In this document: piece after piece, positions 29,234-37,943 of the stretch
Layout of the letters: each line of letters starts with the position of its first letter
Numbering within the stretch: the stretch's first letter is position 1
Source of the DNA: Candidatus Faecisoma merdavium
Lineage (GTDB): Bacteria; Bacillota_I; Bacilli_A; RF39; UBA660
Assembly: GCA_018716405.1 (NCBI GenBank)
Contig: DVJX01000048.1
Coordinates: 1 to 39,628 of the forward strand
Length of the DNA stretch: 39,628 bases
Reading direction: 5' to 3'
Made by a program: the position numbers and the translations under genes
The notes under the pieces: generated by a model
What the model saw: only the letters and a program-made list of their open reading frames with translations
The model's database searches: none
Told to the model about the DNA's origin: nothing

Positions 29234-30091
29234 ATGATTAAAGGAAAACCATTTGTAAAATGGGCTGGAGGAAAAAGACAAATTATAGATAAATTGAAAC
29301 AATATGTTCCAGATGAATTTAATACTTATTATGAACCATTTGTTGGTGGGGGTGCTTTATTATTTGAATTATCTCCTAAAAACGCAGTTATTAATGATTA
29401 TAATAAAGAACTTATGAATGTATATGAATGTATTAAAGATTATAAAAAATTTGAATCTATGTGTAAAGAGTTAAATCACCATGAAACTATGCATTCTGAA
29501 GATTATTATTATGAAATTAGAAATTTGGATAGAGATAAAAAGAAATTTAGTAAATTGGCTGATTATAAAAGAGCTGCTAGAACTATTTATCTTAATAAAT
29601 CTTGTTTTAATGGACTATATAGAGTAAATAGTAAAAACGAATTTAATGTCCCTTTTGGAAAGAAAAATAAAGTTAATACTTACGAAGGACAAAATCTAGG
29701 AATTATATGTGGTTTTTTAAACTATAACAATATTACATTATTATCTGTTGATTTTGAAGAAGCAGTGAAAGATGCTAAAAAAGGAGATTTTATTTATTTT
29801 GATCCTCCGTATGATTCTGACACTAACACTTTTAATAGTTATACTGAAGATGGATTTGATAAAGAAGAGCAAAAAAGACTTGCAGAAGTATTTAAAAATT
29901 TGGATAAAAGAGGTTGTTATGTAATGTTATCAAATCATAATACAACTTTGGTTAATGAATTATATAAAGATTATAATATTCATGTTATTGAAGCTAAAAG
30001 AAATATTAATGCTAATGGGAAAAAAAGAGGAAAAGTAGAAGAAGTAATTATTACTAATTTTGAAAACAAGAGGGGATTCAATAATGAATGA
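29234..30091 (+). CDS. dpnM: Dam/DpnM-family adenine methyltransferase (probably GATC)
   Basis: KWAGGKRQ, YEPFVGGGA, FNGLYRVN, FNVPFG, DPPY. Confidence 0.9.
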   Translation: MIKGKPFVKWAGGKRQIIDKLKQYVPDEFNTYYEPFVGGGALLFELSPKNAVINDYNKELMNVYECIKDYKKFESMCKELNHHETMHSEDYYYEIRNLDRDKKKFSKLADYKRAARTIYLNKSCFNGLYRVNSKNEFNVPFGKKNKVNTYEGQNLGIICGFLNYNNITLLSVDFEEAVKDAKKGDFIYFDPPYDSDTNTFNSYTEDGFDKEEQKRLAEVFKNLDKRGCYVMLSNHNTTLVNELYKDYNIHVIEAKRNINANGKKRGKVEEVIITNFENKRGFNNE

Positions 30092-30506
30092 TAGGCAATT
30101 CACTATATTGTGTAGTTTAATTACATTTATTTTATCTTTATTTTCTTCACTACTCATTAAAGCATATGATAATAGTAAAGCAAAGAAGAAACAAAAATAT
30201 AATGAGTTTTACAGAGAATTTTATATTATTTGGAACAAAATTCATCAAGGTAGAGCATATGATTTTACAGATTTAAAAAAAGCGGACAGAGAAAGTGTTG
30301 TAGATTTTTTGTTAGAACACTATTATTATGCTTCTAAAAAATTACAAATCCTAATATATGAATTAAAAACAGCTCGATTAGATAATTTTGGTAATAATAA
30401 TAGCGAAAATAAACGAATTTGCAATCAATGTTATAGAGAAATAATTGGCTATATGACAGATAAAGAACAAAAATATAGAAAAAAATATAATAATATAAAT
30501 TATTAA
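30084..30506 (+). CDS. Hypothetical N-terminally membrane-anchored protein inside the RM cassette
   Basis: GAGGGG RBS; ATG overlaps the dpnM stop (ATGAATGA); hydrophobic FTILCSLITFILSLFSSLLI. Confidence 0.8.
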   Translation: MNDRQFTILCSLITFILSLFSSLLIKAYDNSKAKKKQKYNEFYREFYIIWNKIHQGRAYDFTDLKKADRESVVDFLLEHYYYASKKLQILIYELKTARLDNFGNNNSENKRICNQCYREIIGYMTDKEQKYRKKYNNINY

Positions 30507-30564
30507 AAAGAAATAAGGTATAAATATTGTATAATATATATGAATATATGAGGAGGTAGTTTGT

Positions 30565-31344
30565 ATGAGTAAGAAATGTTATTATGAAAATAAAAATTTT
30601 AAACTTATACAAGGTGATTCGTTAAAAATACTTAAGTATATTGAACCTAAAAGTATTGATATGATTTTTGCAGATCCTCCTTATTTTTTGTCTGGTGATG
30701 GAATATCTTGCAGTAGTGGTAAGATGGTAAGTGTTAAAAAAGGTGCATGGGATGAAAAGATAGATATTAAAGAAAAGCATAAATTTAATAGAAAATGGAT
30801 TAGATTATGTAAAGAAGTTTTAAAAGATGATGGGACTATTTGGATAAGTGGAACTATGCACAACATATATTCAATAGGTATGGCACTTGAAGAAGAAGGA
30901 TTTAAAATTATTAATAATATTACTTGGAAAAAATTAAATCCACCTCCTAATATTAGTTGTAGAGCTTTTGTTCATTCAACTGAAACAATATTATGGGCAA
31001 AGAAAGATATAAAAAATGCTAGACATAAATTTAACTATGGACTGATGAAAAAAATGAATGATAATAAACAAATGAAAGATGTTTGGGAAACATCTTTAAC
31101 TAAGTCTAGTGAAAAAAGGTGTGGTAAACACCCAACACAAAAACCAATTGAATTGTTAGAAAAAATTATTTTAGCATCAACTAATGAAGAAGATCTAATT
31201 TTAGATCCTTTTAATGGTAGTGGTACTACTGGTATTGTTGCTAGTAGATTAAATAGAAAATATGTCGGAATTGAAAAGGAAAAAGAATATTTAGATTTGA
31301 CTATAAAAAGAAAGGAGAGCGATATATATGAACAGAAATTTTAA
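30565..31344 (+). CDS. dpnA: DpnA-like beta-class N6/N4 DNA methyltransferase
   Basis: IFADPPY, IWISGT.HNI, KQMKDVW, HPTQKP, LDPFNGSGTT. Confidence 0.9.
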   Translation: MSKKCYYENKNFKLIQGDSLKILKYIEPKSIDMIFADPPYFLSGDGISCSSGKMVSVKKGAWDEKIDIKEKHKFNRKWIRLCKEVLKDDGTIWISGTMHNIYSIGMALEEEGFKIINNITWKKLNPPPNISCRAFVHSTETILWAKKDIKNARHKFNYGLMKKMNDNKQMKDVWETSLTKSSEKRCGKHPTQKPIELLEKIILASTNEEDLILDPFNGSGTTGIVASRLNRKYVGIEKEKEYLDLTIKRKESDIYEQKF

Positions 31345-32185
31345 TGAATGGTTAAGCAAATTTAAATCAAGTATATCAGATTATACTTATTATGTTGATT
31401 TTGAGAAAATATACAAAAATGTTGATAAAGTAAAAATTGAACTTAATATTTTAAATTCATTAATCGGTAGTAAAAATATTGAAGAAGAATTTAAAAATAT
31501 TTTAATTAAATATCCAGAAACTTTAGAATGTATTCCTGTTTTACTAGCAATAAGATCAAACGAAATATTTGTTAAAGATGAAATAAATGAATATTTATTT
31601 AAATTTGATAAAATGGTTTATTCTATTTCTGATTATGTGAGATTTATGAAAGAATCAGGATTATTTGATTTGTTACAAAATCATATAATTAATAATTTAC
31701 ATGATTATGTATTAGGAATAGAAGTTGGATTAGATTCAAATGGTAGAAAAAATCGTGGTGGCCATTTAATGGAAAATTTAGTCGAAAACTATATTGAAAA
31801 AGCAGGATTTGTAAAAGGAAAGAATTATTTTAAAGAAATGTATTTAAAAGATATAGAAAGAAAATGGAATCTTGATTTAAGTTCTATGTCAGGTAATAAT
31901 GTATCAACAAAAAGATTTGATTTTGTTATTAAAACCGATAGTCAAGTTTATGTGATAGAAGCTAATTTTTATACTGGTGGTGGATCGAAGTTAAATGAAA
32001 CTGCAAGAAGTTATAAAATGTTAGCACAAGAATCTAAAAAAGTTAAAAATGTAACATTTATTTGGATAACTGATGGTATAGGTTGGAATAGTGCTAGAAA
32101 AAATTTAGAAGAAACATTTAATGTGTTAGATACAATGTATAATATTAGTGACTTAGAAAAAGGAGTTTTAGAAAAATTAATTTAG
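31328..32185 (+). CDS. dpnB: DpnII-family type II restriction endonuclease
   Basis: YYVDFEKI, ELNILNSLIG, GLDSNGRKNRGG, KRFDFV, EANFY.GGGSKLNETARSY, WITDG.GW. Confidence 0.92.
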   Translation: MNRNFNEWLSKFKSSISDYTYYVDFEKIYKNVDKVKIELNILNSLIGSKNIEEEFKNILIKYPETLECIPVLLAIRSNEIFVKDEINEYLFKFDKMVYSISDYVRFMKESGLFDLLQNHIINNLHDYVLGIEVGLDSNGRKNRGGHLMENLVENYIEKAGFVKGKNYFKEMYLKDIERKWNLDLSSMSGNNVSTKRFDFVIKTDSQVYVIEANFYTGGGSKLNETARSYKMLAQESKKVKNVTFIWITDGIGWNSARKNLEETFNVLDTMYNISDLEKGVLEKLI

Positions 32186-32188
32186 TTT

Positions 32189-32217
32189 AAAATCATTGAG
32201 AAAATCAATGATTTTTT
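32189..32217 (+). terminator. Intrinsic terminator after the RM operon
   Basis: AAAATCATTGA-N5-TCAATGATTTT. Confidence 0.75.
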
Positions 32218-32232
32218 AGTACAAAAACATAT

Positions 32233-32259
32233 ACAACTATTTTATTACTTCATATTATA
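32233..32259 (+). promoter_or_regulatory. SigK-like promoter
   Basis: ACA-N15-CATATTATA upstream of AAGGAGG. Confidence 0.55.
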
Positions 32260-32280
32260 AACTAGGTAAGGAGGATTAAG

Positions 32281-32523
32281 ATGTTTAATAAAAGATGTTG
32301 TTGTAATAAAGGTTTTATGCCACAACCTATGCAACCAATTTATGAACCTATGATCAATAATTGTGTTGAAAAAGATTTTTATTGTGAGGTACCACATATT
32401 TGTCCTATAAATACTCACACAATTAATAGAGTTCATTATGTTCATAGTTATACTCCAAAGTATACTTGTTCTGAAGAAACACAAATCATAAATGATGATT
32501 GTGGATGCAATATGTTTAAATAA
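32281..32523 (+). CDS. CotD-like inner spore coat protein
   Basis: Cys/His-rich PIYEP...EVPHICP.NTHTINRVHY.H.YTP..T.S resembles the CotD core; strong RBS and own terminator. Confidence 0.7.
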   Translation: MFNKRCCCNKGFMPQPMQPIYEPMINNCVEKDFYCEVPHICPINTHTINRVHYVHSYTPKYTCSEETQIINDDCGCNMFK

Positions 32524-32548
32524 AAAGTCCAACATTTTGTTGGATTTT
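32524..32548. terminator. Bidirectional terminator
   Basis: AAAGTCCAACA-N3-TGTTGGATTTT (one G-U pair). Confidence 0.65.
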
Positions 32549-34229
32549 ATTTTGTTATTTTATAATAAGTTGATTCAACATCACTATTTAATTCTAATAA
32601 TACCTCGTAATTTTTATAACCAGATTTTTCTAAAACTAAATTTAAAATTTCATCTTTATTTAACCAATTTTTAATACATAGTATAAATTCGTTAGATTCA
32701 TTTAATTCTTTATTATTTAATATTTCAAAATCATGAATATTTTTATTTAAGATTAGTGAAGCTTTATAAGTATTAAATTCTGGTAATGAACTTAAATGAG
32801 TAAAGTAATTATCAAATACATAAACAAAATATTTATCACTATTATCTTTAGCTAATTCCATAGCTTTTTCATAATCCTTATATAAATAAACTGGGGTATT
32901 ATTATATAAACCATTAATGCTTAGTAATAAACTAATTGATAATCCAACTATGAAAATAGTTTTTTTATTATCAAATAAGAATGTTAAAATATATAATATT
33001 GCTATAGATATAACTGGGAATAATAACATCATATATCTAGAAGTATAATTTTCTCCTAAAAAAGGTGCTATTTTAGATATGGTCATAATAAATAAAATAA
33101 TAGGTAAAAATATAACAATAATATTTAATTTGTTTTTTAATATTTCTTTTTTATTTATTTTATGTATAACTGCAATAATTAATCCAATAATTAGAAGGTA
33201 GATAATATTTTGTAATCCAAATAAATCAATTAATTGATTACCATAATACTGTAAACTTTCTAAAAAAATTTTAGTTTTAGCCTCGCTACTACCTATACCA
33301 CGATAAGAAAAGAATATATCTTCAATACAAAATGGGTAAATAACTATACCAATTAAAGCTGATATGACATGTAGTTTTAAAAAGTCAAACCATTTTTTAT
33401 ATTTTTTGTTGAGTAATAAATAAATTGATAAAATAATAAATATTAAAACTATGTAAATACAAAAATAATATTGGGTTAAAAATCCTAAGATAATTGTTAA
33501 AATAAACCAAAATTTATCTTTTACTTTGAAATCATCTTTAATAAATTTGATTATAAAATATAAATATAAAATACTAAAGAAAGTAACCATCATATACATT
33601 CTTTGAAACATGACAGTACTAATACATCCTATACTAGCACCATATAAAATCATAGATGGAATAACTAACTCTTTATGATTTAATGCTTCAACTATTTTTT
33701 TAATAATTAGTAAAACACCGATAAAGAAAATTAAATTAAGACTAAATATTATATATTTGGTAAAATTATTATAAAAAAGTGTTGATGTTAAATGGACAAG
33801 ATAATAGAAGAATGGTGGATGAACATCTCTTGCTTGATTTTGATAAACAGAAAAATAATTAAAAACATCTCCTTTTTGAATGGCTAGATATTCTAATGCA
33901 TCTTCTTTATATTTCCAAGTAGGAATTTCTTTAGATAATATCTCATCCTTATTAAAATATTCAATATTTGTTTTATATTTAATTAAATTATTAATTCGAT
34001 TGCTTAAGCTACCCGTTAAAACTTGTTTATATAAAATATCTTGATTAGCTTCTGCATATCCAAACCATCTATAAACATTATCATATTTATAATTGCTTGA
34101 TCCATATGAGAATATTTCATCTTCATGAAAACCCTGTTTCTGATTAATAAAATAAAACATTAATCCACATAAGATAACAATCGTTAGAATAATAAACTTA
34201 TTTTCTTTTAAGTATTTCATCATAATCAC
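32547..34229 (-). CDS. Multi-pass GT-C-type membrane glycosyltransferase
   Basis: HEDEIFSY after TM1, DVHPPFFY, RMY, RY motifs and many TM segments. Confidence 0.7.
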   Translation of the reverse strand: MIMMKYLKENKFIILTIVILCGLMFYFINQKQGFHEDEIFSYGSSNYKYDNVYRWFGYAEANQDILYKQVLTGSLSNRINNLIKYKTNIEYFNKDEILSKEIPTWKYKEDALEYLAIQKGDVFNYFSVYQNQARDVHPPFFYYLVHLTSTLFYNNFTKYIIFSLNLIFFIGVLLIIKKIVEALNHKELVIPSMILYGASIGCISTVMFQRMYMMVTFFSILYLYFIIKFIKDDFKVKDKFWFILTIILGFLTQYYFCIYIVLIFIILSIYLLLNKKYKKWFDFLKLHVISALIGIVIYPFCIEDIFFSYRGIGSSEAKTKIFLESLQYYGNQLIDLFGLQNIIYLLIIGLIIAVIHKINKKEILKNKLNIIVIFLPIILFIMTISKIAPFLGENYTSRYMMLLFPVISIAILYILTFLFDNKKTIFIVGLSISLLLSINGLYNNTPVYLYKDYEKAMELAKDNSDKYFVYVFDNYFTHLSSLPEFNTYKASLILNKNIHDFEILNNKELNESNEFILCIKNWLNKDEILNLVLEKSGYKNYEVLLELNSDVESTYYKITK

Positions 34230-34243
34230 CTAAAGGTATTATA

Positions 34244-34900
34244 TCATATCTTTTTAAAATATTCCTCTAATGTTAAATTATTTTCATAAATATATTTAGC
34301 TACCTCAATTCCAACATAACGATAATGCCATGGCTCATATTTAAAACCTGTTATATGTTCTTTTCCTTTAGGATATCTTAAAATAAAACCATATTTATGA
34401 GCATTATTTTTCATCCAAATAAATTCTTTAGAGTTTTCAAAATTATCATAATCTTTGTTGGAACCTTCAACATCTACTGCTAAACCAGTTTGATGTTCGG
34501 AATGTCCTGGTTTAGCTGAACAATCTAAGGCATAGTTCAAACTTTTTTCTTTAACATAATAATTGAACAATTCATTTTGATAATTATAATCACGATAAGC
34601 TGATACTGCTACTATTCTATAGCCTAGTTTATTTGCATCACTACTTAATTTTTCAAAAGCTATTTTAGCTTCTTTTTTTAAGTATTTATCTTTATTAGCA
34701 TATTTTAAAGAAATACTTTCTAAATCTTTTGGAATATAACTACTTAGTAATTGATTATTTTTATTAACCAAAACTAATATATCATCAGGATTTTCAATGA
34801 GTTTAATATTTTTATAAAATACTTCTTCATCTTTATTAAAAAACAATAAAATTAAAATACCAATAATTATATAATAAGCTTTTTTTAAATTTTTTTCCAT
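34244..34900 (-). CDS. M15B (VanY/LdcB-like) carboxypeptidase
   Basis: LVNK, SAYR, SAKPGHSEHQTGLAVD, YGFILRYP, YEPWHYRYVG. Start at ATG 34900 after AGGTGA. Confidence 0.92.
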   Translation of the reverse strand: MEKNLKKAYYIIIGILILLFFNKDEEVFYKNIKLIENPDDILVLVNKNNQLLSSYIPKDLESISLKYANKDKYLKKEAKIAFEKLSSDANKLGYRIVAVSAYRDYNYQNELFNYYVKEKSLNYALDCSAKPGHSEHQTGLAVDVEGSNKDYDNFENSKEFIWMKNNAHKYGFILRYPKGKEHITGFKYEPWHYRYVGIEVAKYIYENNLTLEEYFKKI

Positions 34901-34988
34901 GATATTCACCTATAATAATTATATGCAAATTCCTAAATTTGGTATAAGTTTTGTAAGTTTTATGATATAATAATTTTGGTGAATATAA

Positions 34989-36563
34989 ATGAAAAAATAC
35001 GTATTAATTATTTTAACAGTTGCTTTTATAACAATGTTGCCACTTTTTACTAGTGATTATAAATCAAGCCATGATACCAAATTCCATTTAACTAACATTG
35101 ATAGTTTAACAGAACAAATAAAAAAAGATTTTTTTAATCCAAGTAAAATAGTTGGGAATATTGGTAATGATTTTGGGTATGGAACAAATTTATTTTATCC
35201 TTCTCTAAGTCATTATGTAGCATCTTATATAAACGTTGTTATAGATAATCCAGTTATTAGTGTGGAGATAGTTTATTTTATAAGTTTATTTTTATCTGGA
35301 ATTAGTATGTTTCTATTGTCTAAAGCATTATCTAAAAATGATTATATTGGATTAATATCCGCAATTATTTATATGCTTTTTCCATATCATTTATCTGATA
35401 TTTATATAAGAGATGCAATAGGTGAAAGTTTACTTTTTATATTTTTACCTTTAATTTTATTGGGATTATATGAATTATTTAATGATAATAATAAGAAATT
35501 TTATATATTTTTTGTAATAGGATATGTTGGTGGTATATTATCGCATTTAACAATGATGACATATTTTACTGTTTTAATTTTAATATTTTTAATTTTTAAA
35601 TATAAAAAAAGTATTAAATATATAAAACAATTTGTAATAGCATCAATATTTATTTTAGCTATTGCTTCACCATTTTTAGTTGCTTTATTACAACAAAGAT
35701 TACTAGGTAATTATAATGTATTTGTAGAAGGCGTTATGGTTCAAGGAACTTGGGGGAATGCCTTAAATATTTTAAAATATATTATGATAGGAGATAATTG
35801 GGGAACAGGAGAAACAAGATTTTATATTGATTTGATTGTTTTAATTTTATTATTTTTAACATTAAAGAAATATAAACAATATAATAATAAATATTATAAT
35901 TGCATTTTAATATTTGGTATAATTAGTTTAATTTTATCAAGCAAATTATTTCCTTGGGATTTATTACCTAAATCATTCAGAATAATCCAATTTCCATGGC
36001 GATTTGTAACATTTGTTTCCTTATCAATTAGTATTTTAGCACCACTTTGTATAAGTAAATTTAATGACAAAAAAATGTTAAGTATTATTTTAATTATATT
36101 TATGGTATTACTTGCTCAACCTAACTTAAAACAAGCAACTAATGAAGTTATTGATGTTAATAATTTAGAATATTGGTATGGTCTAGGATATCAAAAGGAA
36201 TATTTACCAGTTAATACTGCTAATAATTTAGACTATTTTGATAATCGAAATCATGATATAATAATTAAAGAAGGAAATGCTAATGTTGAAATAATTAATA
36301 ATGATGTTCCATATTTAGAATTTAAAGTTGATGGTAATGCAACTGTTGAGTTACCTAGAATTTATTATATTGGCTATACATTATTAAATGAAAATAATGA
36401 TAAAGTTGATTTTTATGAAAACGAGTATGGTTTTATTGAAGCTAAATTGGAAAGTGGAACTTATAAATTAGATTTTACTGGAACTAAATATGATCAAATA
36501 GCTAAATTTGTTTCAATAATTAGTATATTAGGATTTGGAGTGTTTGTATGGAGAAAAAAATAA
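34989..36563 (+). CDS. GT-C-type membrane protein (PTPS-related/YfhO-like)
   Basis: HDTKFH, GYGTNLFYP, PYH..DIYIR.AIGE, IQFPWRF, EYLP, ELPRIYY.GY. Confidence 0.7.
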   Translation: MKKYVLIILTVAFITMLPLFTSDYKSSHDTKFHLTNIDSLTEQIKKDFFNPSKIVGNIGNDFGYGTNLFYPSLSHYVASYINVVIDNPVISVEIVYFISLFLSGISMFLLSKALSKNDYIGLISAIIYMLFPYHLSDIYIRDAIGESLLFIFLPLILLGLYELFNDNNKKFYIFFVIGYVGGILSHLTMMTYFTVLILIFLIFKYKKSIKYIKQFVIASIFILAIASPFLVALLQQRLLGNYNVFVEGVMVQGTWGNALNILKYIMIGDNWGTGETRFYIDLIVLILLFLTLKKYKQYNNKYYNCILIFGIISLILSSKLFPWDLLPKSFRIIQFPWRFVTFVSLSISILAPLCISKFNDKKMLSIILIIFMVLLAQPNLKQATNEVIDVNNLEYWYGLGYQKEYLPVNTANNLDYFDNRNHDIIIKEGNANVEIINNDVPYLEFKVDGNATVELPRIYYIGYTLLNENNDKVDFYENEYGFIEAKLESGTYKLDFTGTKYDQIAKFVSIISILGFGVFVWRKK

Positions 36564-37489
36564 GTGTTATAGTACCTTGTTACAATGAAGAAGAATCATT
36601 ACCAATTTTTTATGAAGAAATAAATAAAGTAATGAATGAAATGAAAAAGGTTAAGTTTGAATTAATATTTATTAATGATGGTTCAAAAGATAGAACTTTA
36701 GAAATATTAAGAGAATTAGCTAAAAAAGATAAACATGTAAGATATATATCTTTTTCAAGAAATTTTGGTAAAGAAGCTGGTATTTTAGCAGGTTTAGAAG
36801 CATCAGTTGGTGATTATGTTTGTATGATGGACGTTGATTTACAAGATCCACCACATTTATTAATTGAAATGTATGAAACACTACAAAATAGTGATTATGA
36901 TTGTGTTGCGACTCGTAGTGTTTCAAGAAATGGATATTCATTTTTTAGAAAATTATTTACAAAGTGGTATTATAAAATAATGAATAAAATATCTAAAACA
37001 GAAATAGTAGATGGAGCAAGAGATTTTAGATTGATGTCTAGACAAATGGTTGATGCAATTTTATCTTTAAAAGAATATAATAGATATTCTAAAGGTATAT
37101 TTAGTTGGGTAGGATTTAAAACTAAATGGTTAACATTTGAAAATACAGAAAGAGTAGCAGGAACTACTAAGTGGAATTTTTGGAAGTTATTTGCTTATTC
37201 AATGGAGAGTATCGTTGGCTTTTCAACTGTTCCTTTATTAATTTCTTCAATAGCAGGAATATTATTTTGTATTATTTCATTTATAATGATTTTAGTTATT
37301 ATTATTAAAACTTTAATATTTGGAGATCCAGTATCAGGTTGGCCTAGTTTAGTATGTATTATATTTTTTGTAAGTGGTGTTCAACTATTCTGTTTGGGAA
37401 TAATAGGACAATATTTATCTAAAACATATTTAGAAGTTAAAAATAGACCGGTATATATAATCAAGGAGACTGAAAAAGATGTTAAATAA
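36548..37489 (+). CDS. GT2 polyprenyl-phosphate glycosyltransferase (GtrB/CsbB-like)
   Basis: VPCYNEE, INDGSKD, SRNFGKE, MDVDLQDPP, DFRLMSR, two C-terminal TMs, RPVYII. Confidence 0.92.
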   Translation: MEKKISVIVPCYNEEESLPIFYEEINKVMNEMKKVKFELIFINDGSKDRTLEILRELAKKDKHVRYISFSRNFGKEAGILAGLEASVGDYVCMMDVDLQDPPHLLIEMYETLQNSDYDCVATRSVSRNGYSFFRKLFTKWYYKIMNKISKTEIVDGARDFRLMSRQMVDAILSLKEYNRYSKGIFSWVGFKTKWLTFENTERVAGTTKWNFWKLFAYSMESIVGFSTVPLLISSIAGILFCIISFIMILVIIIKTLIFGDPVSGWPSLVCIIFFVSGVQLFCLGIIGQYLSKTYLEVKNRPVYIIKETEKDVK

Positions 37490-37886
37490 GTTACTTAATT
37501 TATATAAAAAATATAAAGAAATAATTAATTATTTAATATTCGGAGTACTAACTACTTTAATTTCGATTGTTACTTATGCAATTTTCACTAAAGTATTTCA
37601 TATTGATTATTTAATAAGCAATGTATTATCATGGATAATAGCTGTTTTATTTGCTTATATAACTAATAAAATATATGTATTTGAAAGTAAATCAAAAAAA
37701 AATATTAAAGAGATAACTAGTTTTTTCTTTTTTAGAGTTGTTTCATTAATTATCGAAATGATTATATTGTATATATTTGTTGATATATTACATATTGATG
37801 ATTTGGTAACTAAAATAATTGCTCAGATTATTGTAATTGTTTCTAATTATGTATTTAGTAAAGTGTTTGTCTTTAATAAAAATTAA
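37479..37886 (+). CDS. GtrA-family flippase
   Basis: YLIFGVLTT, FAYITNK.YVF, NYVFSK.FVF; four TMs. Confidence 0.92.
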   Translation: MLNKLLNLYKKYKEIINYLIFGVLTTLISIVTYAIFTKVFHIDYLISNVLSWIIAVLFAYITNKIYVFESKSKKNIKEITSFFFFRVVSLIIEMIILYIFVDILHIDDLVTKIIAQIIVIVSNYVFSKVFVFNKN

Positions 37887-37943
37887 ATTTAACTATTCTT
37901 GTTTTAGAATGGTTTTTTTGATATACTTTTTATAGGTGATTAT

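Noticed and set aside
30539-30546. TATGAATA as a ComX cin-box (TACGAATA) for dpnA
   Set aside because: It has a mismatch at the only C and sits too close to the RBS; expected by chance at this AT content.
26076-32217. Accessory block as an integrated mobile element
   Set aside because: No integrase, transposase, tRNA or flanking direct repeats were found by eye.
32245-32674. ORFs 32245-32535 (-) and 32492-32674 (+)
   Set aside because: Shadows of the CotD-like gene and the GT-C gene, which have better RBS, motif and terminator support.
34244-34900. Vancomycin resistance determinant
   Set aside because: M15B peptidases are widespread housekeeping enzymes, and no vanH, vanA/B, vanX or vanRS is present.
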